32,000 nt of DNA from Candidatus Saccharimonadota bacterium. Lineage in GTDB: Bacteria > Bacteroidota > Bacteroidia > Cytophagales > Amoebophilaceae. The notes beneath the pieces were generated by a model. That model was not told where the DNA came from and ran no database searches. It saw only the letters and a program-made list of their open reading frames with translations. The translations under genes and the position numbers were made by a program. Position 1 is the first letter of the stretch; each line of letters begins with the position of its first letter. The DNA is taken from assembly GCF_003351905.1 (NCBI RefSeq), contig NZ_CP022339.1:870001-902000 (forward strand), written 5' to 3'. Shown here one piece after another: positions 1 to 8,472 of this stretch.

Positions 1-752
1 ATACCTTTACGAAATTCTTATCTCCTCAATCACATACAAAACCTCGCTTGACGCTTGTTGGGATGTGGAACGCTATGTTACCCCCTATGCAAGCAGTGGG
101 GAATGATGTAGCCATGGGTCAAGAGACACAAAGTATTATTTTAACCGGGCCCAATGCAGGAGGTAAATCAACCTTCCTAACCGGTGTGGCTACCACCGTT
201 TTATTAAGTCAAACCTTTGGTATCGCACCCGCTAAGTCCTGTGAAATGACGCCATTTGCTAAAATAAATACCTACATCGATATTACCGATGATATTGCAG
301 CCGGGAAGTCACTTTTTATGGCAGAAGTGGATCGATTTCAGTCCCATTTAAGATTATTAGAGCATTTAAAACAAGGAAAATTCAGTTTCACTATTTTTGA
401 TGAACCCTTTAGCGGAACCAATCCAATAGAAGGTGCAGCAGCAGAATATTCCGTATTAAATTATATTGCAAAATATAGCAACGCGCTAAACATTGTGGCT
501 ACGCACTATCCAATTGTTATGCTTTTAGAACAACGTGAGCCTCAAAAAGCGTTTAAAAACTATAAAGTTTTTATTAAGCCTATGGGCAAAGATGGGAAAA
601 TTCAGTACACCTATAAGGTGGTGCCTGGCGCTTCGAATCAAACCATTGCTATAGATATATTGGCTGAACAGGGGTATGCAACTGAAATGTTGCAACAAGC
701 TAGAGATATTATTGGCCATCCAGAAAAGTATAAGAAAAGCTTTGCAAAATAG
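1..752 (+). CDS. MutS-family ABC-ATPase paralog (domain V visible); the 5' end runs off the window
   Basis: Frame 3 is open from nt 3 to the TAG at 750-752. It carries Walker A GPNAGGKST, SLFMAEV, Walker-B-like IFDEPFSGTN and ATHY. This is the MutS domain V signature, but it is diverged from the canonical MutS at 21400. Confidence 0.8.
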   Translation, partial: TFTKFLSPQSHTKPRLTLVGMWNAMLPPMQAVGNDVAMGQETQSIILTGPNAGGKSTFLTGVATTVLLSQTFGIAPAKSCEMTPFAKINTYIDITDDIAAGKSLFMAEVDRFQSHLRLLEHLKQGKFSFTIFDEPFSGTNPIEGAAAEYSVLNYIAKYSNALNIVATHYPIVMLLEQREPQKAFKNYKVFIKPMGKDGKIQYTYKVVPGASNQTIAIDILAEQGYATEMLQQARDIIGHPEKYKKSFAK

Positions 753-776
753 CACCCCCTACTTTTACTCCAATAT

Positions 777-817
777 CTTGTTGCAGTTTATGCCATTTTG
801 ACATAAACTGCAGCAAG
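777..817. promoter_or_regulatory. 16-bp inverted repeat with a 9-nt spacer between the MutS-like gene and dnaK (operator or atypical terminator)
   Basis: CTTGTTGCAGTTTATG-ccattttga-CATAAACTGCAGCAAG, with one G:U position. It lies 25 nt after the upstream stop and about 100 nt before the dnaK ATG. No T-tract follows it. Confidence 0.4.
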
Positions 818-920
818 GTAATCCATTTGGCATAGACTTTGTAGTACCTCCAACTAAAGTTAAATAGGTATTTGTACGAATAAAAGGAGTGATCCAATAC
901 AAACAAAATAGAAATTAGAT

Positions 921-2837
921 ATGGGAAAAATAATTGGAATCGATTTAGGAACCACTAATTCCTGTGTTGCCGTTATGGAAGGCAATGAACCAGTAGTGAT
1001 TCCTAACAATGAAGGTAAAAGAACGACACCATCTGTAGTTGCTTTTTTAAATGGTGGGAAAGGGGAACGCAAGGTAGGTGATCCTGCTAAGCGTCAGGCC
1101 ATTATAAATCCTCATAATACCATAAGCTCTATTAAGCGTTTTATGGGTAAAGGGTATGACAGTGTGGCCAATGAGATCAATGAAGTGGCCTATAAGGTAG
1201 AAAATGGCGCGAACAATACCGTTCGTGTCCGGATTGGTGATCGGCTCTATACACCTCAAGAGATTTCCGCTATTATCTTGCAAAAGATGAAAAGTGCGGC
1301 GGAAGACTACTTAGGTACTACGGTTACAGATGCAGTGATTACCGTTCCTGCCTATTTTAATGATGCAGAGCGACAAGCGACTAAAGAGGCAGGAGAAATA
1401 GCTGGGCTAGCCGTAAAACGTATTATCAATGAACCAACTGCTGCTGCTTTAGCCTATGGTTTAGATAAAAAAAATAAAGACATCACCATCGCTGTATTTG
1501 ACCTTGGAGGAGGTACCTTTGATATTTCTATTCTAGACTTAGGTGATGGCGTTTTTGAGGTAAAGTCTACCAATGGAGACATTCATTTAGGTGGAGATGA
1601 TTTTGATCAAAAAATAACAGATTGGCTGGCCGATAACTTTCAAAAGGAGGAGGGTGTTGATTTAAGAAAAGATCCAACTGCCCTGCAGCGCCTAAGAGAG
1701 GCAGCTGAAAAAGCCAAAATTGAGCTTTCTAGTGCCTCTACTTCAGAGATTAATCTTCCCTACATTACCGCTATTGATGGCGTCCCTAAACATTTGGTTA
1801 AGCAGCTCTCTAGGGCTCAGTTTGAAAAATTGGTTGATGACTTGGTAAAGCGTACCCTAGCCCCCTGTAGGCAAGCTTTAACAGATGCCTTTGGCGATAT
1901 ATCTGATCCACAGAACAACATTCATGAGGTGATTTTAGTAGGTGGCTCTACCCGCATACCAAAGATTCAAGAAGAAGTAGAGCGTTTTTTTGGTAAAAAG
2001 CCTTCCAAGGGTGTTAATCCTGATGAAGTAGTAGCTGTAGGCGCTGCGATTCAAGGCGGTGTGTTAACTGGAGAAGTAAAAGATGTTTTATTGCTTGATG
2101 TTATTCCACTATCCTTAGGTATTGAAACATTAGGTGGTGTTTTTACCAAGTTAATTGAAGCCAATACTACGATTCCAACCAGAAAATCAGAAGTTTTTTC
2201 TACCGCTTCAGACAATCAATCTTCTGTTATGGTGCATGTATTGCAAGGCAATAGGCCGATGGCCAAGCACAACCGAACCATTGGCCAGTTTCACTTATCC
2301 GATATACCATCCGCTCCCAAGGGTGTTCCACAAATAGAGGTAGCTTTTGATGTAGATGCCAATGGTATATTGCATGTTTCTGCAAAAGATAGAGGTACAG
2401 GCAAGGAACAAAAAATTCGTATTGAGGCTTCGTCTGGTTTGACAGAAGATGAAATCAAGCGTATGAGAGAGGAGGCAGAAGTCAATGCAGCAGCAGATAA
2501 GGCAGAAAGGGAGCAAATGGATAAGGTTAATCAAGCGGATTCATTTATATTTGAAGTAGAAAAACAACTCAAAGAGTTGGGAGATAAAATTGACGCAGAA
2601 GATAGGAAAAAGATAGAGCCCGCTTTAGCAGATTTGAAGAAAGCACATGCAGAAAAAGAGGTGGTTGTTATTGATCAGGCATTAGAAACGCTAAACAAGA
2701 TTTGGAGTGAGGTCATGGCTAAGGTCTACCAAAAATCGCAAGCTGCGGGCGCAACATCCGCTGCTAGTGGGGAACAGGAAAATGCTAAAGAAGGTGGCAG
2801 TAACGTGACAGATGCTGAATTTGAAGAAGTAAAATAA
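921..2837 (+). CDS. dnaK: Molecular chaperone DnaK (Hsp70)
   Basis: [43 protein letters not shown] and a C-terminal acidic EEV-type tail. Full length at 638 aa. Confidence 0.98.
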   Translation: MGKIIGIDLGTTNSCVAVMEGNEPVVIPNNEGKRTTPSVVAFLNGGKGERKVGDPAKRQAIINPHNTISSIKRFMGKGYDSVANEINEVAYKVENGANNTVRVRIGDRLYTPQEISAIILQKMKSAAEDYLGTTVTDAVITVPAYFNDAERQATKEAGEIAGLAVKRIINEPTAAALAYGLDKKNKDITIAVFDLGGGTFDISILDLGDGVFEVKSTNGDIHLGGDDFDQKITDWLADNFQKEEGVDLRKDPTALQRLREAAEKAKIELSSASTSEINLPYITAIDGVPKHLVKQLSRAQFEKLVDDLVKRTLAPCRQALTDAFGDISDPQNNIHEVILVGGSTRIPKIQEEVERFFGKKPSKGVNPDEVVAVGAAIQGGVLTGEVKDVLLLDVIPLSLGIETLGGVFTKLIEANTTIPTRKSEVFSTASDNQSSVMVHVLQGNRPMAKHNRTIGQFHLSDIPSAPKGVPQIEVAFDVDANGILHVSAKDRGTGKEQKIRIEASSGLTEDEIKRMREEAEVNAAADKAEREQMDKVNQADSFIFEVEKQLKELGDKIDAEDRKKIEPALADLKKAHAEKEVVVIDQALETLNKIWSEVMAKVYQKSQAAGATSAASGEQENAKEGGSNVTDAEFEEVK

Positions 2838-2860
2838 TAGGCTTTGTTGCTGCTATGGAG

Positions 2861-2898
2861 AGCGACTTTCTAATTGGTTTTTAGAAAGTCGCTTTTTT
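2861..2898 (+). terminator. Rho-independent terminator of dnaK
   Basis: AGCGACTTTCT (2861-2871), an 11-nt loop, AGAAAGTCGCT (2883-2893), then TTTTT. Confidence 0.8.
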
Positions 2899-3056
2899 AT
2901 ATTACGTCTGTAAGATAATAAACCATTTGTGTAACATGCTTATGCTGAAAACATAACACGAAAAACCGCTTAAAGCCAAATAATAGTTGATTATTCTCTT
3001 CAATTTTACTAAATTAAGTTAGCTTGGGTGTACATATTCCATAATTATATATTTTT

Positions 3057-4028
3057 ATGCTGAGAACCAAATATTATTATAACCCTGCTACTTGTAGCTA
3101 TGAGCGTGTACAGCGATCTATATCCACCTTTATTATACGTAGTTCTCTTTATATATTTTTTTCGGTCGTCTTAGCGGTAGCAATGGTTAGGTATTATCGA
3201 GGTCGTTTTGTTTCTTCTAGAGAGCTTGAGTTGCTACAAGATAATGAGCGGCTTAAGGCCTATTATCATATGGTGCAGAAAAAGATAGAAGGTAGCGTGG
3301 CCCTTTTGACTCGGTTGCAACAACAGGATGATGAACTATATAGGCTATTGTTGAATACGACTCCCCTTTCTCCTGCAGAGCGCAATGCGGGCATGGGAGG
3401 TGTAAATACATATGCCCATTTGGGGAAAGACACATTAATTGCCCAAACATTGTCTAAAGCAGAGCAACTCTATAGTAAATTAAAGGTTCAGCAGCAATCT
3501 TACAAGCAATTACGCGAGCTTGCCAAGCATAAGATGGCTAAGCTTGCTTCCACACCTACCTTTCCACCCGTTTCTAAAAAACATTTAAAAAGAATATCGG
3601 CCCCTTTTGGTATGCGTACCCATCCAATCCATCATATACGTAAGATGCATGAGGGGGTTGATTTTTCCGCTCCTATTCATACGCCGATTTATGCTGCTGC
3701 GGATGGGCATGTTAAGTGGGTTAAAAATGATAAAAAAGGATATGGGAACCATCTCCTTATTGAGCATGGCAATGGTTTTCAAACCCATTATGCCCATATG
3801 CATACTATAATCGTTCAAAAATCGAACCACATCATCAGAGGACAACAGATTGGTACAGTGGGCAACTCAGGGGATTCAACTGCTCCCCATCTCCACTATG
3901 AAGTCTACAGCAATAGACATCGTGTTGATCCGATTCAATATTTTGTAGGAGAGCTTACTGCTGCTGAATATGAAGCAGTTCGTAAGCAATCCACCCATCG
4001 TACACAAGCCCTTTGCTCCAATTTTTAG
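3057..4028 (+). CDS. M23 (LytM) family metallopeptidase with an N-terminal TM segment and a coiled-coil region
   Basis: HEGVDFSAP and GNSGDSTAPHLHYEV zinc-binding motifs, plus an N-terminal hydrophobic segment IIRSSLYIFFSVVLAVAMV. Confidence 0.9.
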   Translation: MLRTKYYYNPATCSYERVQRSISTFIIRSSLYIFFSVVLAVAMVRYYRGRFVSSRELELLQDNERLKAYYHMVQKKIEGSVALLTRLQQQDDELYRLLLNTTPLSPAERNAGMGGVNTYAHLGKDTLIAQTLSKAEQLYSKLKVQQQSYKQLRELAKHKMAKLASTPTFPPVSKKHLKRISAPFGMRTHPIHHIRKMHEGVDFSAPIHTPIYAAADGHVKWVKNDKKGYGNHLLIEHGNGFQTHYAHMHTIIVQKSNHIIRGQQIGTVGNSGDSTAPHLHYEVYSNRHRVDPIQYFVGELTAAEYEAVRKQSTHRTQALCSNF

Positions 4029-4311
4029 CAGGTTTTACACAGGGTATTTGTACTTATTTTGGAGTGGTATTAAAAAATAAGCTATCTTATAAGTTGATTT
4101 GCGTTTGTTTCATTTACGATATGGTGCACCTGACTGGTTTATCTAGCGCGCATATCCAGGATGTATACCTTTCCTCTGGGGGAGTCAGATAGATCTTTTT
4201 GCTATGGCTTACTGGAATCTTTATCTCTGTGTCTATCCGCCTCAAATGCATCTAGTATACTGGCTCTTGTTTGGTTCTTAAGCGTTACCAATAGCGGTTG
4301 AAAGAGGTCTT

Positions 4312-4635
4312 ATGCAAAAGAAATATTTTACCATTCAGGAGGTAGCGCGCCATTTTGATGTGGCGCCTTCTTTGATACGTTTTTGGGAAAAAACCTTTAG
4401 TGGCATCCTACAGCCTCATAAGAATAGCAAGGGAGCCAGAAGGTATCAAACAAAAGATATCACTCAGTTGCGTTATATCTATACACTGGTGAAGGAAAAA
4501 GGCTATAGTTTAGCCGGTGCACGCAAAGTAATCCAGAAACATCGTCGTCCGTTTGCCATTACACCCGCAGATGTTGTGCAACGGCTACAGGCGTTACGTG
4601 CTTTCTTAGGTGCGTTAAAAAAAGAGATACATTAG
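4312..4635 (+). CDS. Small MerR-family HTH transcriptional regulator
   Basis: The N-terminal sequence YFTIQEVARHFDVAPSLIRFWEKTF is a typical MerR helix-turn-helix. Only 107 aa, with no obvious effector domain. Confidence 0.75.
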   Translation: MQKKYFTIQEVARHFDVAPSLIRFWEKTFSGILQPHKNSKGARRYQTKDITQLRYIYTLVKEKGYSLAGARKVIQKHRRPFAITPADVVQRLQALRAFLGALKKEIH

Positions 4636-4782
4636 CTACACATTTGCACTGTTTGGGCAATGGCATCAGCTTAAGGAAAAGTGTATGGTAGCACAGAGGT
4701 GCAAAAGCGGTTTATAGATGGTGAATATGCCATCCCATTTATAGCTGTTGATAAAGATTAAAGTTTTACTTCAAGTGCTAAA

Positions 4783-5041
4783 GTATCTGTTCAAGTCGCT
4801 GGTGTTTTCCATTACAAGAAGACCGCCCCTGTAAAAAGTCGCGGTGTAGCAAGTGTCATCTTACAGATGATTAGGAAAAACAGTTTCCTTTCAAGCCCCC
4901 AAAGGGGGCGCTTACTGTTTTTCCATCTGTCAGATGACACTTTCAGTGACTTTTTACCGAGGGCTTGATTTTTTGTCCACTTTTTTATTAAGAACAAAGT
5001 GGGATAAAGTTCATTGTTAACCAAATGGTGTGAATAGATAC
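4783..5041 (+). repeat. MITE-like palindromic element, copy A (complete)
   Basis: Starts GTATCTGTTCA and ends TGAATAGATAC (TIR). The interior is a long imperfect palindrome centred on GCCCCCaaaGGGGGC (4895-4909). Near-identical to the copies at 8257, 24154 and 24942. Confidence 0.8.
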
Positions 5042-5276
5042 GCAATAAAATATATTCCTTAAGTTGACACCATTGTGTCGTACGTTTGTATTATAAGCTT
5101 ATTTTACTTAAAGAGCTGGAATAAGGTCGCTTAAGTGCTGGTATTAGATGCCGTTTTACACGTTCCGCCCCCCGCTCTTTTCATCTTAAAAACTGAATAG
5201 TTCGTTGGCCCTTAGAGCCCGTGGTTGCGACGATAGTTTATAAGATGATTCAATTTAGTATAAACTTTCTAATAAT
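5042..5276 (+). ncRNA. Non-coding left end of the IS110 element; candidate bridge (guide) RNA region
   Basis: By position only. IS110-subgroup elements encode a structured recombination guide RNA in the 5' non-coding end. TTGACA at 5064-5069 with TATTAT at 5089-5094 (19-nt spacer) is a weak promoter-like pair. I did not verify a fold. Confidence 0.25.
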
Positions 5277-5568
5277 ATGAAATATATAGGCATTGATATA
5301 TCAAAAAGCAGCTTTGTAGCTGCTTTTCCTAAAGGTGAAGGATTTACTACGTCTAAATATTCAAATGATGTAAATGGGCTTAACCTATTTTTGGCTCAAC
5401 TTGATAGATCCTTGCATCACTGTGTTTTAGAAGCCACTGGCAATTATGGCGCTTTATTAGTAGAGATGCTTATAGCAGCTGAGCTAGCTGTTTCAGTTGT
5501 TAATCCAAGGCAAATCAAACACTTTGCTAAGGCAATGCATCATATAACTAAAACCGATAAGGTAGATG
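5277..5568 (+). CDS. IS110-family transposase, exon 1 (N-terminal DEDD domain)
   Basis: IGIDISK, LEATGNYG, VNPRQIKHFAKA, KTDKVD. Family similarity ends abruptly after KTDKVD, where the GC-rich intron sequence starts. Confidence 0.85.
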
Positions 5569-6094
5569 GCGTGCCACGAAGGCCTCCTTTCTAGTGGGTG
5601 CAAGTCCCACCCTGGCAATAGGCCTGTTGGCCAGGTAGCGAGGAGTGCATCTATAAAGAGTAATTTTTGTAGATGAAGCCACTCGACGACGGCTCTGTAC
5701 AAGGAGCTACGCAAACTGCGGGCCGTACGCAAGGAACCTATATGTAGCGCCGTGAAGGTCTTACCAGAGAAATCTGGGAATTGGAGATGCTGAGCCTCTC
5801 GTCTGGTGGGCGAAAGCTGTAAAGTGACGGAAAGATAACAGGTCAATAACCGTCACTTATCTCCCGGCGTAGCAGGGGCGGCACGTAGGAAAGAAAGGAG
5901 GAGAAACGTGGGAGATCCTGCACGGTCTTTAAGTTCCAAGAGTAAGGAAGGATATAAGGCGCAAGTCGAAGTTCGTTCCGATGCTGTGCAGGAAGTCGGG
6001 AAGATAGTAGTAGTGAAGATGGCAAGGACAACAAAACCTTACCGGAGCGAAGGATCTTCAGTTTCGTCATGTTTTCAAAACAGGGAAAGATACC

Positions 6095-7393
6095 ATGATT
6101 CCGCAAGGTAACCACATGGCACAAAGCGTCCGAGAACTGCAGCGAGAACTTTATCGATCTGCTAAGTCTAATCCTAAACGCAGCTTCTACACCCTTCATG
6201 ACAAAATATATAGATTGGACGTACTGGTCTGTTCATGGAAACAGGTTTGTGCAAATCACGGGGCACCAGGCATAGATGGAATAACAATAGAACAAATCAA
6301 AGAACAAGGGGAAGAAGCGTTTCTTGGACAAGTTCAAAAAGAACTGGAATCAGGAAGCTACCGAAGCAATAAGACAAAGCGCGTGGAAATACCCAAACCG
6401 AAAGGAGGAATAAGAATCTTGGGAGTGCCCACGATTAAGGACCGCTTAGTACAAACTGCAACCCGTCTTGTTATAGAGCCAATTTTTGAAGCAGACTTCC
6501 AAGAATGCTCATTTGGGTTTCGACCTAAACGATCCGCAGTCCATGCAAGTCTATCAATATATAAATGGCTTAATTACGGGCTCACCCAAGTTTTAGATAT
6601 TGATTTGAAGCGATACTTTGACTCAATCCCACACGATAAGCTTATGAAAGTCATTCAAAAGCGAATCAGTGATAGGTATGTTCTAAAGTTAATACAAGCC
6701 TGGCTTCGCTCAGGAGTCCTTAAAGGCGAAGAAGTTGCTACTCGACAAGGATCCCCTCAAGGGTCCCCCATTTCGCCCTTACTTTCTAATATATACCTGA
6801 ATCTGCTAGACACAGTATGGGTCAAGCGGATGACCGAAAGGAATGGGTGGAATGCACAGATTGTCCGCTATGCGGACGATCTCGTGATAGTGTCGAATAA
6901 ACCGGTAGAGAAGATTTTGGGTATTTTATGTGGGTATCTGCAACGCTTGGGCCTTTCGATCAATGAAGAAAAGAGTCGAATGACCACGGCCGAAGAAGGT
7001 TTCAATTTCTTAGGGTATGCCTTTAAAAGGGGATACTCGCCAAGATATCAGAAACCCGTTACCCATATGTATCCTACACCTGATGCAATCAAGCGGATTA
7101 TTAAGAAAGTCACGCAATTGACCTATCGGAACCGGTTGCACGAAAGTGTTGAAACTATTGTTAAAGACTTAAACGCATCCTTACTGGGGTGGACGGAGTA
7201 TTACCGTCACACGGCCAGTTCTAGGAGATTTAGGAAAGTACAAGGGCATGCAAACAGGCGTCTGAGAAGATTTATCATGAAAAAGAAAGGGAGTAGGAAG
7301 AACGGGTATAAGGAACTCCCCGACGAGAAGCTCCACAAAGTGTACAAATTAGTCAATGTAGGAGCTTATCGGGTGCGATACAGATGGACGTAA
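6095..7393 (+). CDS. Group II intron reverse transcriptase/maturase (no endonuclease domain)
   Basis: GAPGIDGITIEQI (RT0), FRPKRSAVHA, DIDLKRYFDSIPH, QGSPISPLLSNIYL, RYADDLVIV (YADD), and X/maturase FNFLGYAF and LLGWTEYYRH. The alternative start MAQSV at 6116 is plausible. Confidence 0.95.
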   Translation: MIPQGNHMAQSVRELQRELYRSAKSNPKRSFYTLHDKIYRLDVLVCSWKQVCANHGAPGIDGITIEQIKEQGEEAFLGQVQKELESGSYRSNKTKRVEIPKPKGGIRILGVPTIKDRLVQTATRLVIEPIFEADFQECSFGFRPKRSAVHASLSIYKWLNYGLTQVLDIDLKRYFDSIPHDKLMKVIQKRISDRYVLKLIQAWLRSGVLKGEEVATRQGSPQGSPISPLLSNIYLNLLDTVWVKRMTERNGWNAQIVRYADDLVIVSNKPVEKILGILCGYLQRLGLSINEEKSRMTTAEEGFNFLGYAFKRGYSPRYQKPVTHMYPTPDAIKRIIKKVTQLTYRNRLHESVETIVKDLNASLLGWTEYYRHTASSRRFRKVQGHANRRLRRFIMKKKGSRKNGYKELPDEKLHKVYKLVNVGAYRVRYRWT

Positions 7394-7416
7394 TGCAGAC
7401 GAAGAAGACGATCCGT

Positions 7417-7449
7417 GCGCCGTATGAGGGAAAACCTCACGTACGGTGC
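7417..7449 (+). ncRNA. Group II intron domain V
   Basis: GCGCCGUAU-GAGG-gaaaa-CCUC-AC-GUACGGUGC. It has the conserved CCGUAU / AC-bulge / GUACGG architecture, with a CGC triad instead of AGC. Confidence 0.8.
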
Positions 7450-7474
7450 GACGGGGGGGTGCTGGAAACGGGAA

Positions 7475-7563
7475 AGAGAGATTGGGTTATTTAGGCACGA
7501 AATCGGAAACGATGGACACGGATAAACCTGGTCCTATACTTCACCGCGCCAGTGCTCTACTCT
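7475..7563 (+). ncRNA. Tentative group II intron domain VI with bulged branch-point A at 7559
   Basis: AGAGAGA (7475-7481) pairs with TCT-A-CTCT (7556-7563), leaving A7559 bulged at position -7 from the predicted 3' splice site. The helix encloses about 74 nt, which is unusually large. Confidence 0.35.
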
Positions 7564-7565
7564 AC

Positions 7566-8245
7566 CTTTTAAACTAGCTCGCTATGGACAGGAAAGGGGA
7601 TTGAAAGCTAATTACAGCTATTATATTACAACAGATCGGCTTAAAAGGCAACAACAAAGAAGAGAAGAGCTGGTAGCTACATTAAGCAATGAAAAGAAAC
7701 GGTTACACCATAGCCAGACTAATATAGATAAAGAAAGCATAGAAAGGCATATCGATTTTTTAGAAAAAGAAATAAAAATTATTGATAAAGCGTTAAATAA
7801 AACCATAACTACTGATAAGGATCTAGACGAAAAGGCTAATATACTAGAAACCATTCCAGGAATCGGGAAATGTTTAGCCACTAAATTAGTCAGTTTTTTA
7901 CCTGAATTAGGTGATAGAAGCTACAGTAGTAATCAACTATCAGCTTTAGTAGGTATAGCACCATATGCGGCTGATAGTGGGAAAAAACAGGGAAAAAGAT
8001 TTATTAGGGGAGGAAGGAAAATACCACGAGATGCACTGTATATGGCTGTATTAGCAGGGAAAAAGTGGTTCCTATATTTAAAAGAATGCTATGATAGATT
8101 AGTAGGTAAATATAAGCCTAAAAAAGTGGCTATCGTAGCATGTATGAGGAAGCTCCTAGAGCTGGCGCATAAGCTTATACAACAAAAAAGAAGCTTCGTC
8201 AAAAGTATCAAAAACGAGTACAAAATGACTAAAAAACTTGCATAG
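7566..8245 (+). CDS. IS110-family transposase, exon 2 (C-terminal domain)
   Basis: The frame is open upstream of the called TTG (7601) and reads FKLARYGQERGLKANY. Also IPGIGKCLATKLVSFLPELGD and LVGIAPYAADSGKKQGKRFIRGGRKIPRDALYMAV, as in the Transposase_20-type domain. Confidence 0.85.
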
Positions 8246-8256
8246 TAAGATAATAG

Positions 8257-8472
8257 CTTTTTTCTTGATAAAAAAGTGGACAAAAAATCAAGCCCTCGGT
8301 AAAAAGTCGCTGAAAGTGCCATCTTCCAGATGGAAAAACAGAAAGTACCCCTTTTGGGGGCTTCAAAGGAAACTGTTTTTCCTAATCATCTGTAAAATGC
8401 CATTTTCTAAACCGCGACTTTTTTCAGGGGCGTTGTTCTTTTAACGCAAAAACCACTGCGCTGAACACATAC
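8257..8472 (-). repeat. MITE-like palindromic element, copy B (inverted relative to A; the IS-proximal end lacks about 40 nt)
   Basis: Matches the reverse complement of copy C almost base for base from CTTTTTTCTTGATAAAAAAGTGGAC through GCGCTGAACACATAC. The similarity begins 12 nt after the transposase stop. Confidence 0.8.

Larger units (their letters stand above)
5569..7565 (+). mobile_element. Group II intron (about 2.0 kb) with an intron-encoded RT/maturase; boundaries +/- 3 nt
   Basis: About 525 nt of GC-rich non-coding 5' sequence, an RT ORF, a domain V hairpin at 7417-7449 and an ...CTAC 3' end. Excision restores the IS110 motif KTDKVDA-FKLARYGQ. Confidence 0.85.
5042..8256 (+). mobile_element. 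IS110-family insertion sequence carrying a group II intron inside its transposase gene
   Basis: Bounded by the ends of MITE copies A and B. It contains the split DEDD transposase (5277-5568 and 7566-8245). There is a long 5' non-coding end (235 nt) and a very short 3' end, as in the IS110 subgroup. Exact termini are not determined. Confidence 0.65.

Noticed and set aside
860-2534. Antisense and out-of-frame ORFs inside dnaK (860..1072, 1047..1283, 2155..2337, 2291..2485, 2295..2534). Similar shadow ORFs occur inside bamA, cysS, htrA, murG, mutS, tlc, hisS and the permease.
   Set aside because: They are fully embedded in strongly supported conserved genes. They have low-complexity or Cys/Ser/Leu-rich translations typical of shadow frames.
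4812-5045. ORFs 4812..5045(-), 8238..8444(+), 23998..24231(-), 24263..24463(-) and 27561..27776(-), which encode similar peptides (..FLIKKWTKNQALGKKSLKV..). They look like a small conserved protein family.
   Set aside because: They are the same palindromic repeat translated. The similarity is at the DNA level and extends beyond the ORF ends. Frames are broken differently in each copy. One of them overlaps tRNA-Gly.
5493-6199. ORFs 5493..5846(-), 5843..6199(-) and 5908..6111(+), located between the transposase N-terminal fragment and the RT gene.
   Set aside because: They lie in the GC-rich structured 5' domains (I-IV) of the group II intron. They show no protein motifs, and long spurious ORFs are expected in GC-rich RNA-coding sequence.
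7601-7603. TTG at 7601, called as the start of an independent 214-aa protein.
   Set aside because: The frame is open upstream and continues the IS110 motif (..DA)FKLARYGQ. This is exon 2 of the split transposase, not a separate gene.
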